Below, piece by piece: positions 8,731 through 20,656 of a stretch of 32,000 nucleotides of DNA. The DNA is from Vibrio cholerae ATCC 14035. GTDB lineage: Bacteria > Pseudomonadota > Gammaproteobacteria > Enterobacterales > Vibrionaceae. Within the stretch, counting starts at the first letter, position 1. Each line of letters begins with the position of its first letter. The notes below the pieces were generated by a model. The model was not told where the DNA came from. It saw nothing but the letters and a program-made list of their open reading frames with translations, and ran no database searches. Made by a program: the position numbers and the translations under genes. Location of the stretch: positions 192,517 through 224,516 of the forward strand of contig NZ_KK211323.1 in assembly GCF_000621645.1 (NCBI RefSeq), given 5' to 3'.

Positions 8731-9701
8731 TAGACAGGTAGCTCGGCCGCAGCATGATGGAGTTGATCGCGATAGCGATGTAACTGATCAACGATCGGCT
8801 CGACTTGAGTCAACGTACGTAACTCACCAAACAGCTCATTAGCCTGAGGGTAGGCGTGGCGCAGATAAGCAAACCACTGCTTAATACGGTTTGGGTAGTA
8901 TTTGCCTTTGTCACCACGGACTTCAAATTGCGTGTAGCGCAGCAACAAATCCACCACTTCATGCCAAGGCATGGCGGCGTGATTGTGTTTGACCACATTG
9001 CCTAAATTCGGCACGTTGAGCGCGCCGCGGCACACCATGAGTGAATCGACACCTGTGGTTTGGATGCAAGCTTGACCATCGGCGTAATTCCACACTTCAC
9101 CGTTAGCAATCAATGGAATACTGCATTTTTGGCGGATCTGGTCAATGTAATGCCATTTGATTTCGCTGGCCTTGTAGCCTCCGGCTTTGGTGCGCGCGTG
9201 CACAGTGAGCTCATCGGCTTTAGCTTACGCAACGGCATCGACAATCTCAAAACAATCTTCCGGATCTTCCCAACCTAAGCGGATTTTCGCCGAAACAGGA
9301 ATGTGCGCCGGTACTGCGTCACGACACGCTTTGACCACCTGATAAATCAACTCGGGATGCTGCAAAAGAGCCGCGCCACCTTTGCTCTGATTGACCATTT
9401 TGGCAGGGCAGCCGAAATTTAGATCGATGCCATAAGCCCCAAGCTCAGCAGCGCGGATCGCGTTTTCGGCCATCCAGTGTGGGTCTTGGCCAAGCAGTTG
9501 TACTTTTACCGGAACACCGGACGGAGTTTTAGAACCGTGCCGTAATTCAGGACAGAGGCGATAAAACACATGATCAGGCAGCAGCAGATTCACTACGCGC
9601 ACAAATTCGGTGACGCAGAAGTCGTAGTCATTGATTTGTGTCAGCATGTCACGCATCAAATGATCTAACACGCCCTCCATCGGGCCTAAAATAACTCGCA
9701 T
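8730..9701 (-). pseudogene. dusC: tRNA-dihydrouridine(16) synthase DusC interrupted by one in-frame TAA
   Basis: Track ORFs 9225-9701 and 8730-9203 are in the same frame and together are colinear with E. coli DusC ([13 protein letters not shown]..., ...[25 protein letters not shown]...). The stop (plus-strand TTA, 9225-9227) aligns with Gln in E. coli ([17 protein letters not shown]), which is consistent with a CAA to TAA change. Confidence 0.85.
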
Positions 9702-9866
9702 AGTGATGAATACCGGCTAGCGCTGAAGAAAAGGGAGCGAGATTGTAGTAGTAGCATCAATAAATGTCACCCATCCTTTCTGATTCAAGTTCAGTGTGAC
9801 AGCCTGCCACTTCTTTCGCTTTGAGTATATAATGCGGCGCAACTTTCCTTGTCTTAAGTGTTTTCT

Positions 9867-10487
9867 ATGAATTATTCCCTGATCGATCTCAGCGCGATTG
9901 AATGCCCTGAGTCGGATCTGTTTATTGAAGGTGTGGTGCTCGCCGCTAATTTTGCGACTCGTCCGCTCGATCCTGAGCAGTGGCTACCCGAGCTGTTTGT
10001 CGAGCAACATCAGGCGCTATTACAACCGGTGACCGAGCAAATTCATCTCCAATACCAGCAACTTAAAGGCAATGGGTACGATTTGTTGACGCTGTTGAAT
10101 GAGCATGCACCCTCGCGTGAGCAAGGTTTGGCAGATTTTTCGGAAGGCTTTATGCAATTATGGCCGCAAGTTGAACCCATGTGGCAGCAAGGCGCATTTG
10201 CAGATGGTTCGATCCGCATGCTGCAAGCATTATTGACCACCTTGATGTTGGCGATTGATGAAGCGCAAACCCAAGCGCAAATGCGCGAAGCGGGCTATGA
10301 ACAAGTTCCTGCGCTCGCCGATTTGATCGAGCAACTGAATTTAATGGTGCACGAAGTCGCGCTTGCGGCGGATGAAGCCATGCTCGGCGCTAAAGCACAA
10401 AGTGTGAATCCGTTTAAAGGCATTGGCCGCAATGATGCTTGCCCTTGCGACAGCGGTAAAAAATTCAAACAGTGTTGTGGGCAATAG
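9867..10487 (+). CDS. YecA/UPF0149-family protein with a C-terminal SEC-C zinc motif
   Basis: The track ORF starts at GTG 9858; ATG 9867 is likelier. The C-terminus GRNDACPCDSGKKFKQCCG is a SEC-C metal-binding motif. The body is acidic and helical, as in YecA-like proteins. Confidence 0.82.
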   Translation: MNYSLIDLSAIECPESDLFIEGVVLAANFATRPLDPEQWLPELFVEQHQALLQPVTEQIHLQYQQLKGNGYDLLTLLNEHAPSREQGLADFSEGFMQLWPQVEPMWQQGAFADGSIRMLQALLTTLMLAIDEAQTQAQMREAGYEQVPALADLIEQLNLMVHEVALAADEAMLGAKAQSVNPFKGIGRNDACPCDSGKKFKQCCGQ

Positions 10488-10582
10488 TTTATTACACATC
10501 ACTGACACGTTAGAGAAGGCAAACGCTTAGGCTTTTGCTTTATTATCTTCCTCATCGCTAAATTGCTTGGAGCAGAGTCAGC

Positions 10583-11179
10583 ATGAACAAATGGTTAGCC
10601 CTGTTATTTTGTAGTTTCTCGGCCATTGCCGCCCCTAAAGATACCTTAAGTGAGCGTTTAGCCATGAGTGAAGGCTTCAGCGCGACCTTTAATCAGCAAG
10701 TATTAAGCCCAGAGGGCAAAGTGATCCTGACCGGAAATGGCAAGGTGGATATTGCTCGTCCGAGCCTATTTCGTTGGGAAACCGAAACGCCAGATGAAAA
10801 CTTACTGGTCTCTGACGGTACAACCTTATGGCATTTCGATCCTTTCGTGGAGCAGGTCACCTTGTACCGCGCCGAAGAAGCCTTAGAGCAGACGCCTTTT
10901 GTGCTGCTGACTCGTAATAAAGCCAGCGATTGGGATGCGTACCATGTGGAAGAAAAGGGTGATGTATTTACCCTGACGCCTACCGCGCTGGATTCAAACC
11001 AAGGCCGTTTCCAAATCACCATCAGTGAGAAAGGGGTGGTGCAAGGTTTTAAAGTGATTGAGCAAGATGGTCAGCAGAGCGAATTTACCTTTAGTAAGGT
11101 GAAACAGCAGAAACCAAACGCTAGCGTATTTAACTACAAAGTGCCGAAAGGCGTGGAAGTTGACGATCAGCGTAACTAA
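10583..11179 (+). CDS. lolA: outer-membrane lipoprotein carrier protein LolA
   Basis: 198 aa. Signal peptide [18 protein letters not shown]. It has the LolA-like body (FSATFNQQV..., [12 protein letters not shown]) and the conserved lolA-rarA-serS order seen in E. coli. Confidence 0.92.
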   Translation: MNKWLALLFCSFSAIAAPKDTLSERLAMSEGFSATFNQQVLSPEGKVILTGNGKVDIARPSLFRWETETPDENLLVSDGTTLWHFDPFVEQVTLYRAEEALEQTPFVLLTRNKASDWDAYHVEEKGDVFTLTPTALDSNQGRFQITISEKGVVQGFKVIEQDGQQSEFTFSKVKQQKPNASVFNYKVPKGVEVDDQRN

Positions 11180-11203
11180 ATCAGCACCAAGGAAGCGAGT
11201 CGA

Positions 11204-12553
11204 GTGAGTAATTACAGCTTAGATTTTTCCGGCGACGAAGATTTTCGTCCGTTAGCTGCCCGTATGCGTCCACAAACGGTGGAGCAGTATATTGGTCAGC
11301 AACACATCTTAGGGCCGGGAAAACCGCTGCGCCGTGCATTAGAAGCGGGGCATATTCACTCGATGATTCTTTGGGGACCTCCGGGCACCGGAAAAACCAC
11401 TTTAGCCGAAGTGGCAGCCAACTACGCCAATGCGGAAGTGGAACGCGTATCGGCAGTGACGTCCGGAGTCAAAGAGATCCGTGCCGCGATCGAAAAAGCG
11501 CGTGAGAACAAACTCAGTGGTCGACGCACTATTTTGTTTGTCGACGAAGTCCATCGCTTTAATAAATCGCAGCAAGATGCGTTTTTGCCGCATATTGAAG
11601 ACGGTACGGTCACTTTTATTGGCGCAACCACGGAAAACCCTTCTTTTGAGCTTAATAACGCGCTGCTTTCCCGCGCGCGGGTTTATAAGCTCACCTCACT
11701 CAATCAACAAGAAATTCTGCAAGCTCTGCATCAAGCGATTGCCGATACTGAATGCGGGCTTGGCAAAGTGGCGGCGGTATTTGCTGATAATGTTTTAGAT
11801 CGCCTAGCCGAACTGGTCAATGGCGATGCGCGCATGTCGCTCAATTATCTTGAGCTGCTGTACGACATGGCTCGCGAAGATGATCAGGGACGCAAGCAGA
11901 TTGATCTGCCTTTATTGGCTGAGGTCGCTGGTGAAAAAGTGTCGCGCTTTGATAACAAGGGCGATATTTGGTATGACCTGATTTCCGCTGTACACAAGTC
12001 GATTCGAGGTTCTGATCCCGATGCGGCTCTGTATTGGGCGGCGCGGATGATTTCCGCAGGCTGTGACCCTTTGTATATCGCGCGCCGTCTGCTCGCGATT
12101 GCCTCTGAAGATGTTGGTAATGCCGACCCGCGGGGCATGCAAGTGGCGCTTTCTGCATGGGATTGCTTTACCCGCGTGGGGCCTGCAGAAGGCGAGCGCG
12201 CGATTGCTCAAGCGATTGTCTACCTCGCCTGCGCACCGAAAAGCAATGCGGTGTACACCGCGTGGAAACAAGCGCTGTCGGATGCGCATAATCTGCCTGA
12301 GTTTGAAGTACCGCCGCATCTGCGTAATGCCCCAACGCGATTGATGAAAGATCTCGGTTATGGTGAGGAATACCGTTACGCCCATGATGAACCGGGCGCT
12401 TATGCTGCAGGGGAGTGCTATTTCCCACCAGAAATGAGTGGAACTCGCTACTATCAGCCTACTCAACGCGGGCTAGAAACTAAGATTGCTGAAAAGTTAG
12501 CGTATCTGGCGGATTTGAACGCAAAAAGCCCACAAAAGCGCTATGAAAAGTAG
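11204..12553 (+). CDS. rarA: replication-associated recombination protein A (AAA+ ATPase)
   Basis: GTG start after [17 protein letters not shown]...PLAARMRP...[16 protein letters not shown]...[26 protein letters not shown] is nearly colinear with E. coli RarA (YcaJ). Confidence 0.95.
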   Translation: MSNYSLDFSGDEDFRPLAARMRPQTVEQYIGQQHILGPGKPLRRALEAGHIHSMILWGPPGTGKTTLAEVAANYANAEVERVSAVTSGVKEIRAAIEKARENKLSGRRTILFVDEVHRFNKSQQDAFLPHIEDGTVTFIGATTENPSFELNNALLSRARVYKLTSLNQQEILQALHQAIADTECGLGKVAAVFADNVLDRLAELVNGDARMSLNYLELLYDMAREDDQGRKQIDLPLLAEVAGEKVSRFDNKGDIWYDLISAVHKSIRGSDPDAALYWAARMISAGCDPLYIARRLLAIASEDVGNADPRGMQVALSAWDCFTRVGPAEGERAIAQAIVYLACAPKSNAVYTAWKQALSDAHNLPEFEVPPHLRNAPTRLMKDLGYGEEYRYAHDEPGAYAAGECYFPPEMSGTRYYQPTQRGLETKIAEKLAYLADLNAKSPQKRYEK

Positions 12554-12641
12554 TGCCTTTTGGTTATCTTTGGCAGGGTAAATTTCAATACGCGTGGCTT
12601 TGGCTAAAAAGGAAGCACACGCGCTTTCTCGCAACTCTTAA

Positions 12642-13964
<1,323 letters not shown>

Positions 13965-14012
13965 TCCCGTTTTCCTTTAAAGGGAAATTAGCGCTCAAAA
14001 CGTATAAGAATG

Positions 14013-14041
14013 AAAAAAGCCGACGTGATGTCGGCTTTTTT
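14013..14041. terminator. bidirectional rho-independent terminator shared by serS and bioA
   Basis: AAAAAA-GCCGAC-gtgat-GTCGGC-TTTTTT, with an A-run and a T-run flanking a 6-bp GC-rich stem. Confidence 0.8.
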
Positions 14042-14071
14042 ATGCTTGTCGTTTGTTGCGCAGCATATTGT

Positions 14072-15358
14072 CTATTGCTTAAAGCAGTTTGGTTGGCTTA
14101 ACGCGGCTGCCATTGCATCCACCAGCTTTTGCAGATGTTCAGGTTGACTAATATAGGGTGGCATCAGGTAAATCAACCGACCAAAGGGTCGGATCCAAAC
14201 CCCATGCTCCACAAAGAGAGCCTGAATCACTTCCATATTGACCGGAAAATGTGTCTCCACCACACCAATCGCGCCTAGCCAACGAGTCTGTTTCACTAGT
14301 GAAAAATTATTGAGTTTAGGCAGTTGCTCGGCAAAAAACGCTTCAATATTCGCGACTTGCTGTTGCCAATCCCCTTGCTCAATCAGCGATAAACTCGCAC
14401 TCGCCACCGCGCAAGCCAGCGGATTGCCCATAAAAGTTGGGCCATGCATAAAGCAGCCTGCTTCCCCCGCACAAACGGTATCGGCCACTTGTTGGGTAGT
14501 GAGGGTAGCGGATAGCGTCATGTATCCGCCAGTCAGCGCCTTGCCCACACAGAGAATATCCGGTTGAATTCCCGCATGTTCACAAGCAAAGAGTTTGCCT
14601 GTGCGGCCAAAGCCGGTCGCAATCTCATCCAAAATCAGCAGTACACCAAATTCGTCACACAAAGCTCTAACTTGGCGTAAAAACTCGGGGTGATAGATAC
14701 GCATACCACCAGCCCCTTGCACGATAGGTTCAAGGATTACGGCGGCAATCTGGTGGTGATGTTCAGTCAATTTGTGACGAAAATCGGCAATATCACGCTC
14801 ATCCCACGCATCAAAAAATCCGCCTTCTGGCGAATTAGCGAAAATATGCTCGGGCAGAAAACCTTTGTACAGGCTATGCATGGAGTTATCTGGATCGGTC
14901 ACTGACATCGCGGCGAAGGTATCGCCGTGGTAGCCGTGGCGTAGGGTGAGAAACTTTGCTCTCGGTTGACCTTTGCTGTGCCAATACTGCAACGCCATTT
15001 TAAGGCTCACTTCCACCGCAACCGAACCTGAATCGGCGAGAAACACTTGCTGTAAATTGTTGGGCGCGAGCTTGAGTAGCTTTTGGCAAAGCTCAATCGC
15101 CGGTTGATGAGTTAACCCACCAAACATGATGTGTGACATCTGCTCGATTTGCTGGTGCGCCGCTTGATTGAGTTTGGGGTGATTGTAACCGTGGATCGCT
15201 GCCCACCAAGAGGACATGCCGTCAACTAAGCTGCGCCCATCTTCAAGTGTGATCATTACGCCATCGGCTCGGCTTACCGGATAACAGGTCAGAGGTGTCA
15301 AGGTCGAAGTGTAGGGATGCCAGATGTGGCAACGGTCGAAGGCTAAATCCATCATCAT
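14072..15358 (-). CDS. bioA: adenosylmethionine-8-amino-7-oxononanoate aminotransferase
   Basis: 428 aa, colinear with E. coli BioA (DLAFDRCHIWHPYTS, SSWWAAIHGYNHP, LDEIATGFGRTGKLFACEH, GKALTGGYMTLSATL). Confidence 0.95.
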   Translation of the reverse strand: MMMDLAFDRCHIWHPYTSTLTPLTCYPVSRADGVMITLEDGRSLVDGMSSWWAAIHGYNHPKLNQAAHQQIEQMSHIMFGGLTHQPAIELCQKLLKLAPNNLQQVFLADSGSVAVEVSLKMALQYWHSKGQPRAKFLTLRHGYHGDTFAAMSVTDPDNSMHSLYKGFLPEHIFANSPEGGFFDAWDERDIADFRHKLTEHHHQIAAVILEPIVQGAGGMRIYHPEFLRQVRALCDEFGVLLILDEIATGFGRTGKLFACEHAGIQPDILCVGKALTGGYMTLSATLTTQQVADTVCAGEAGCFMHGPTFMGNPLACAVASASLSLIEQGDWQQQVANIEAFFAEQLPKLNNFSLVKQTRWLGAIGVVETHFPVNMEVIQALFVEHGVWIRPFGRLIYLMPPYISQPEHLQKLVDAMAAALSQPNCFKQ

Positions 15359-15392
15359 TCCAAAATTAATAAAAGATTAATTAATAACCACA

Positions 15393-15423
15393 TGTAAACC
15401 TTGTGATTTTCTTATTGTTGACA
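15393..15423. promoter_or_regulatory. candidate BirA operator (bioO) in the divergent bioA/bioBFCD control region
   Basis: TGTAAACC (15393-15400), a 15-nt spacer, then TGTTGACA (15416-15423), compared with the gamma-proteobacterial BirA consensus TGTAAACC-N14/15-GGTTTACA. The left half matches 8/8 and the right half 6/8. The right half contains a TTGACA -35 (15418-15423), with TAGACT 16 nt downstream. Confidence 0.6.
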
Positions 15424-15484
15424 GTCTAACGCCTGTCAGTAGACTAGCCAAGCATAAAACCAATAACCCCAATAAGGATTACAC

Positions 15485-16537
15485 GTGGAAGTTCGTCATA
15501 ACTGGACGGTCGCTGAGGTCAAAGCGTTACTGGATAAACCTTTTATGGATCTGCTGTTTGAAGCGCAGCAGGTGCATCGTCTTCATCATCCGCACAACCA
15601 TGTGCAGGTCAGCACGCTGCTGTCGATCAAAACTGGCGCTTGTCCAGAAGATTGCAAATATTGCCCGCAAAGTGCTCACTACCGTACTGATGTAGATAAA
15701 GAGCGTTTGATGGAAGTCGAGCGCGTATTGGATGCGGCGCAAAAAGCCAAAAATTCAGGCTCGACCCGTTTTTGTATGGGCGCGGCGTGGAAGAATCCGA
15801 AAGAGCGTGATATGCCGCTGCTCAAAGAGATGATCCGCGGCGTGAAGGATATGGGGCTAGAAACCTGCATGACGCTGGGTATGTTGACGCCAGATCAAGC
15901 GCAGCAATTGGCGCAAGCGGGGCTGGATTATTACAACCACAACCTTGATACCTCTCCGGAATTTTATGGCAACATCATCACCACACGCACATACCAAGAT
16001 CGCCTAGATACCTTATCGCACGTGCGTGATGCCGGGATGAAGATCTGCTCGGGGGGCATTATCGGCATGGGCGAAAGCACCAATGACCGCGCTGGGTTAT
16101 TGGTTGAGCTCGCGAATTTGCCGACTCATCCGGAAAGTGTGCCGATCAACATGCTGGTCAAAGTGAAAGGTACACCACTGGAACAAGTCGATGATGTGGA
16201 ACCCTTTGATTTTGTGCGTTTGATTGCGGTAGCGCGCATTATGATGCCGAAATCTGCGGTTCGCCTTTCAGCTGGACGCGAGAAGATGAATGAGCAGATG
16301 CAGGCGCTGTGCTTTATGGCAGGAGCCAATTCGATTTTCTACGGTTGCAAACTGCTGACCACCCCCAACCCAGCGGAAGACAGCGATATGCTGCTGTTTA
16401 AAAAGCTAGGAATTAACCGCGAACAAGTGGCGCAAAAGCCCGATGAAATCACGGAAAATGAGTTGTTGGATAGAGTCGTTGAACGAGTAGCCGCGCGCCC
16501 AACCGCCAGCGATTTATTTTATGACGCTGCGCTTTAA
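15485..16537 (+). CDS. bioB: biotin synthase (radical SAM)
   Basis: GTG start. [26 protein letters not shown]...[17 protein letters not shown] (CxxxCxxC cluster) is colinear with E. coli BioB. Confidence 0.97.
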   Translation: MEVRHNWTVAEVKALLDKPFMDLLFEAQQVHRLHHPHNHVQVSTLLSIKTGACPEDCKYCPQSAHYRTDVDKERLMEVERVLDAAQKAKNSGSTRFCMGAAWKNPKERDMPLLKEMIRGVKDMGLETCMTLGMLTPDQAQQLAQAGLDYYNHNLDTSPEFYGNIITTRTYQDRLDTLSHVRDAGMKICSGGIIGMGESTNDRAGLLVELANLPTHPESVPINMLVKVKGTPLEQVDDVEPFDFVRLIAVARIMMPKSAVRLSAGREKMNEQMQALCFMAGANSIFYGCKLLTTPNPAEDSDMLLFKKLGINREQVAQKPDEITENELLDRVVERVAARPTASDLFYDAAL

Positions 16538-17675
16538 GTCGCGGATTGAGCAAGCTCTGAATGAGCGTGAACATTCAGGGCTGACTCGCCGTCTTCAGCT
16601 TTTAGATCGAAGCGCACAAGGTGAACTGATTCAGCAAGATCGTACTTACCTGAACTTCTCAAGCAACGATTACCTTGGTTTAGCCAATGATGCTGAGTTA
16701 GTGCAGGCTTGGCAAACCGGTCTGGCGCGCTTTGGCGCAGGCAGTGGCGCTTCGCCGATGGTAACTGGTTTTAGCTCCGCTCATGCCGAGTTAGAGCATG
16801 AGTTGTGTCACTGGCTTGGTTACGAGCGAGCAGTCTTGTTCAGCTCTGGCTTTAGTGCCAATCAAGCCCTGCTGTTTACTTTGCTCGAAAAAGAGGACTT
16901 GCTGCTGCAAGACAAACTCAATCACGCCTCCTTGATGGAAGCGGGTATGTTAAGTCCTGCCACCATGAAACGCTTTAAGCACAATGATACTGAGCATCTT
17001 CGCCAATTACTGCATGAGCAGAGCAACAGCTTAGTGGTGACGGAAGGGGTGTTTAGCATGGATGGCGATTGCGCACCCTTGGCGCAAATTGCAACTTTAG
17101 TGAAACAGCGCGCTTGGTTGATGGTGGATGATGCGCACGGCATTGGCGTGCTTGGAGAGGATGGGGCAGGGAGCTGCCAAGCGGCAGGGATTCATCCCGA
17201 GATTCTGGTCGTTACTTTTGGTAAAGCTTTTGGGTTAGCAGGTGCGGCGGTGTTGTGTGATGCGCACGTTGGTGATTATCTGACGCAATTTGCACGCCAC
17301 CATGTGTATTCCACCGCTATGCCTCCGGCACAAGCGCATGCTCTGACTCATGCTGCGCGGATGATCCAAAGTCAGTCTTGGCGCAGAGAACAATTGGCTG
17401 AGCTGCTGGCGTGTTTTGATGAGCAGTGCCGCAATATTCCGGGTTTTGTGGCAACACAAACGCCCATCAAACCTTGGTTGTTGGGCAGCTCTGATTCCGC
17501 ATTGAGTGCATCCCACGAGCTCAAGCAGCAAGGGATTTGGGTGAGTGCCATTCGACCACCCACCGTGCCTGTAGGCAGTGCGCGTTTACGTATCACGATA
17601 ACGGCGGCGCATACCCAAGCGCAGATACGCCGCTTATCGGAGCAGTTAAAACATGTGATGGAGAAGGACACATGA
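16521..17675 (+). CDS. bioF: 8-amino-7-oxononanoate synthase
   Basis: 384 aa. It overlaps the bioB end by 17 nt. PLP-dependent acyltransferase features are present ([29 protein letters not shown] with the PLP lysine). Confidence 0.93.
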   Translation: MTLRFKSRIEQALNEREHSGLTRRLQLLDRSAQGELIQQDRTYLNFSSNDYLGLANDAELVQAWQTGLARFGAGSGASPMVTGFSSAHAELEHELCHWLGYERAVLFSSGFSANQALLFTLLEKEDLLLQDKLNHASLMEAGMLSPATMKRFKHNDTEHLRQLLHEQSNSLVVTEGVFSMDGDCAPLAQIATLVKQRAWLMVDDAHGIGVLGEDGAGSCQAAGIHPEILVVTFGKAFGLAGAAVLCDAHVGDYLTQFARHHVYSTAMPPAQAHALTHAARMIQSQSWRREQLAELLACFDEQCRNIPGFVATQTPIKPWLLGSSDSALSASHELKQQGIWVSAIRPPTVPVGSARLRITITAAHTQAQIRRLSEQLKHVMEKDT

Positions 17676-18475
17676 GCATGACAGCCACGGAGCTTTGTGT
17701 TGAATTAAAAGACAAAAGTGCGATTGCGCAAGCCTTTGGCAAAGCCGCCGCGCACTATGATCAGCACGCGGCTTTTCAGCGCGATGTCGGATTGCGTTTA
17801 CTGCAAAAAATGCCCAGTTGTCTGAAGGGGCTGCGAGTATTGGATCTCGGTTGTGGTACCGGTTATTTTTCAGCCTTGCTACGCGAGCGGGGAGCGCAAG
17901 TGGTGTGCGCCGATATCTCACACGCCATGCTTGAGCAAGCAAAGCAACGCTGCGGTGATGAAGGCATGAGTTACCAGTTAGCGGATGCCGAGCAACTGCC
18001 TTTTGCATCTGCTTGTTTTGACATGGTATTTTCAAGCTTAGCATTACAATGGTGTGAAGATCTGTCGCTGCCGCTGAGCGAAATTCGCCGTGTACTCAAA
18101 CCACATGGTCAAGCCTTCCTCTCCACCTTGTTAGACGGTTCGCTGTTTGAACTCGAGCAAGCGTGGCGCAGCGTTGATCATCATCGTCATATCAATCAGT
18201 TCATTTCCATCAATCAGGTAAAAATTGCGTTAGCGCAAGCCGGATGTTCGCAACATCACTTAGACTTAGCGGCAATTACGGTTTGGTATGAAGCTGCCTT
18301 TATGCTGATGCGCGATCTAAAAGGGATCGGCGCCAATCATGTCAGTGGACGTTCAACGGGGCTAATCAGTCGCCGAACGTTGGCAAAAGTGGAATTGGCC
18401 TACCAATCATTTCGTAACCAACAGGGTCTTGTGCCTGCCACATATCAGGTTTGTTTAGGGGTTATTCACCGATGA
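17672..18475 (+). CDS. bioC: malonyl-ACP O-methyltransferase
   Basis: ATG 17672 overlaps the bioF stop (ATGA). The track ORF extends to 17537, but that stretch lies inside bioF. SAM motif [12 protein letters not shown]. It has the bioC position within bioBFCD. Confidence 0.88.
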   Translation: MSMTATELCVELKDKSAIAQAFGKAAAHYDQHAAFQRDVGLRLLQKMPSCLKGLRVLDLGCGTGYFSALLRERGAQVVCADISHAMLEQAKQRCGDEGMSYQLADAEQLPFASACFDMVFSSLALQWCEDLSLPLSEIRRVLKPHGQAFLSTLLDGSLFELEQAWRSVDHHRHINQFISINQVKIALAQAGCSQHHLDLAAITVWYEAAFMLMRDLKGIGANHVSGRSTGLISRRTLAKVELAYQSFRNQQGLVPATYQVCLGVIHR

Positions 18476-19167
18476 GAAATGCAATTTTTATCGCAGGGAC
18501 GGATACCGACGTTGGGAAAACAGTCGCTTCGAAAGCGATTCTTCAGGCGCTCGCGACACACAATATCGCTACGATTGGCTATAAGCCAGTCGCAGCGGGG
18601 AGTGATAAAACTGAGTTTGGCTATCGCAATTCCGATGCCTTGCATCTGATGAAAGCCGCGACCGTCGATATGCCGTATGAGGACGTCAATCCTTATGCCT
18701 TAGTACTTCCCACTTCACCACACATCGCCGCTAAGCATGAAAATGTTACGATTGATTATGCGCTGCTAAGCAATAAGCTCTCGAAACATAAGCAAAATGC
18801 AGAGTTAGTCGTGGTAGAAGGTGCGGGAGGTTGGCGAGTTCCTACTTCCGATTCCGATTGTTTATCTACTTGGGTAAAACAAGAGCGTTTACCGGTCATC
18901 TTGGTGGTTGGAATTAAACTCGGTTGTCTGAGCCATGCGATTTTGACCGCAGAAGCGATTCGTGCCGATGGGTTAGAGCTAGTCGGCTGGATTGCCAACC
19001 GGATTAATCCGGGAACTGAACACTATGCGGAGATCATTGAGCATCTAGAAGGGCGGCTTGGTACACCGAAATTAGGGGAGATCCCTTATATGCCTAAGGC
19101 TAAACGTCAAGAGTTAGGCAAGTTCATCCAACTGGATCACTTGTTAGAACCCGACACCGTGGCATAA
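18472..19167 (+). CDS. bioD: dethiobiotin synthetase
   Basis: ATG 18472 overlaps the bioC stop (ATGA). [20 protein letters not shown] contains the P-loop, and [11 protein letters not shown] is present. It is colinear with E. coli BioD. Confidence 0.93.
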   Translation: MRNAIFIAGTDTDVGKTVASKAILQALATHNIATIGYKPVAAGSDKTEFGYRNSDALHLMKAATVDMPYEDVNPYALVLPTSPHIAAKHENVTIDYALLSNKLSKHKQNAELVVVEGAGGWRVPTSDSDCLSTWVKQERLPVILVVGIKLGCLSHAILTAEAIRADGLELVGWIANRINPGTEHYAEIIEHLEGRLGTPKLGEIPYMPKAKRQELGKFIQLDHLLEPDTVA

Positions 19168-19181
19168 CGACGCTAAATAAC

Positions 19182-19212
19182 AAAAGGCTGCTCAAACATG
19201 AGCAGCCTTTTT
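19182..19212. terminator. bidirectional rho-independent terminator after bioD and after the small minus-strand ORF
   Basis: AAAA-GGCTGCTC-aaacat-GAGCAGCC-TTTTT: an 8-bp perfect stem with A- and T-runs on the two sides. Confidence 0.82.
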
Positions 19213-19248
19213 AGTATCAGACTGTATGGAAGTTGAGTGTGCGAGAGG

Positions 19249-19419
19249 CTATTTCTCTGCGCTCAAACCCATTAAAGAGTGTTGAGTATCGACGATCTGC
19301 TGCTGCAGCGTCTGCTCTTTGGCTTCCAATCCGAGTTGAGTACGAGCTTCTTGTTCACTGATACCTAAATGACAACAAAGTAAATCAATCGCCATTTGGT
19401 AGCTATGTGCTTCAGCCAT
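19249..19419 (-). CDS. hypothetical 56-aa protein
   Basis: The track ORF is 19249-19458. An internal ATG at 19419 is preceded by AAGGAAAAC, a good RBS, giving MAEAHSYQMAIDLLCCHLGISEQEARTQLGLEAKEQTLQQQIVDTQHSLMGLSAEK. It is followed by the bidirectional terminator. I recognise no family. Confidence 0.45.
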   Translation of the reverse strand: MAEAHSYQMAIDLLCCHLGISEQEARTQLGLEAKEQTLQQQIVDTQHSLMGLSAEK

Positions 19420-19684
19420 GTGTTTTCCTTTGTTTGTGGTTAAATTCCTTCGACTCACGCACTCTATGCCTTCATTACGGCTATCTCAATACGACCAAAG
19501 TCTATACCCTTGTGCCTTCTAGGCTGCTCAGCATTTGCCGAACAGAATCTGGACATTAAATGTTGCAATTTACTACTTAACCTTGTTTTTCAAATGGAAG
19601 AACATATGTTGTAAATAAGAACAAACGATGTGTGGTAAAGTCGCGCATCGCAACCGCTGAGAAGTTTCCTTCGGAGATTAAGTC

Positions 19685-20548
19685 ATGAAACGTATATTGT
19701 TATTCTTAGCAACCAACCTTGCTGTCGTATTGGTGCTTAGTGTTGTTTTGAATATTGTTTATGCCGTCACGGGCATGCAGCCAGGGAGTTTGTCTGGTCT
19801 GTTGGTGATGGCGGCTGTGTTTGGCTTTGGCGGTGCATTTATTTCACTGCTGATGTCAAAAAGTATGGCCCTACGCTCAGTGGGTGGTGTCGTCATTGAT
19901 ACTCCACGCAATGAGATGGAACATTGGCTATTGGAAACGGTACGTCGCCAAGCAAACCAAGCGGGTATCGGTATGCCAACGGTGGCGATTTATGATGCGC
20001 CAGACATGAATGCGTTTGCCACGGGTGCAAAGCGTGATGATTCTCTGGTCGCGGTCTCAACGGGATTGCTGCACAACATGACGCGTGATGAGGCCGAAGC
20101 TGTGTTGGCGCATGAAGTTAGCCACATTGCTAACGGTGACATGGTCACCATGACGCTGATGCAAGGGGTGGTGAACACCTTCGTGATCTTCTTGTCGCGC
20201 TTTATTGCCAATATCGTGGCTTCACGTGATTCGGAAGAAGGTGAAGGTAGCAACATGATGGTCTATTTCGGTGTATCTATGGTGCTTGAATTGGTGTTTG
20301 GTTTCTTAGCCAGCTTCATCACCATGTGGTATAGCCGCCACCGTGAGTTCCATGCCGATGCGGGTGCCGCTCAGTTAGTCGGTAAGCACAAGATGATTGC
20401 GGCGTTAGAACGCCTGAAAATGGGTCAGGAGTCGCATCTTGAAGGTTCGATGATGGCGTTTGGCATCACAGGTAAACGCTCTCTATCCGAATTAATGATG
20501 ACTCACCCACCCCTTGAAAAACGTATCGCAGCACTGCGCAATATGTAA
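19685..20548 (+). CDS. htpX: membrane zinc metalloprotease HtpX
   Basis: 287 aa. [18 protein letters not shown]..., an HEVSH zinc motif ([13 protein letters not shown]), and four hydrophobic segments. It is colinear with E. coli HtpX. Confidence 0.95.
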
Positions 20549-20556
20549 TCTCTTCC

Positions 20557-20584
20557 AACCAGCCTTCGGGCTGGTTTTGTTTAT
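20557..20584 (+). terminator. rho-independent terminator of htpX
   Basis: AACCAGCC-ttcg-GGCTGGTT, followed by TTGTTTAT, 9 nt after the htpX stop. Confidence 0.75.
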
Positions 20585-20629
20585 CTTGATTGATAGTCTT
20601 CTTGAGCTCGTTTTCTTAACGCTCTTTAG

Positions 20630-20656
20630 TGATCCCTTACATTCTGAGTTTCGTAA
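20630..20656 (+). promoter_or_regulatory. candidate ECF (sigma-E/ChrR group) promoter for the downstream 8-gene operon
   Basis: TGATCC (20630-20635), a 16-nt spacer, then CGTAAC (20652-20657). The TGATCC -35 and CGTA(AGA)-type -10 are, as I recall them, the hallmark of Rhodobacter sigma-E-type (ChrR-partnered) ECF promoters. It lies about 100 nt upstream of the first gene. Confidence 0.5.

Noticed and set aside
11841-12466. Several 84-184-aa minus-strand ORFs and a plus-strand ORF (12063-12344) within rarA
   Set aside because: They overlap a near-perfectly conserved rarA frame. Their Arg/Ser/Pro-rich composition is typical of off-frame translation.
17537-17671. N-terminal extension of the bioC ORF in the track ([14 protein letters not shown]...)
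   Set aside because: It lies entirely inside bioF in another frame. The ATGA-coupled start at 17672 gives a normal-length BioC.
19585-19650. Possible sigma-32 (CCTTGTTT ... CATATGT) or CpxR (GTAAA repeats) elements upstream of htpX
   Set aside because: The matches to CTTGAAA-N13-15-CCCCATNT are poor, and the GTAAA copies are not spaced 5 nt apart as required. This is not supportable from sequence alone.
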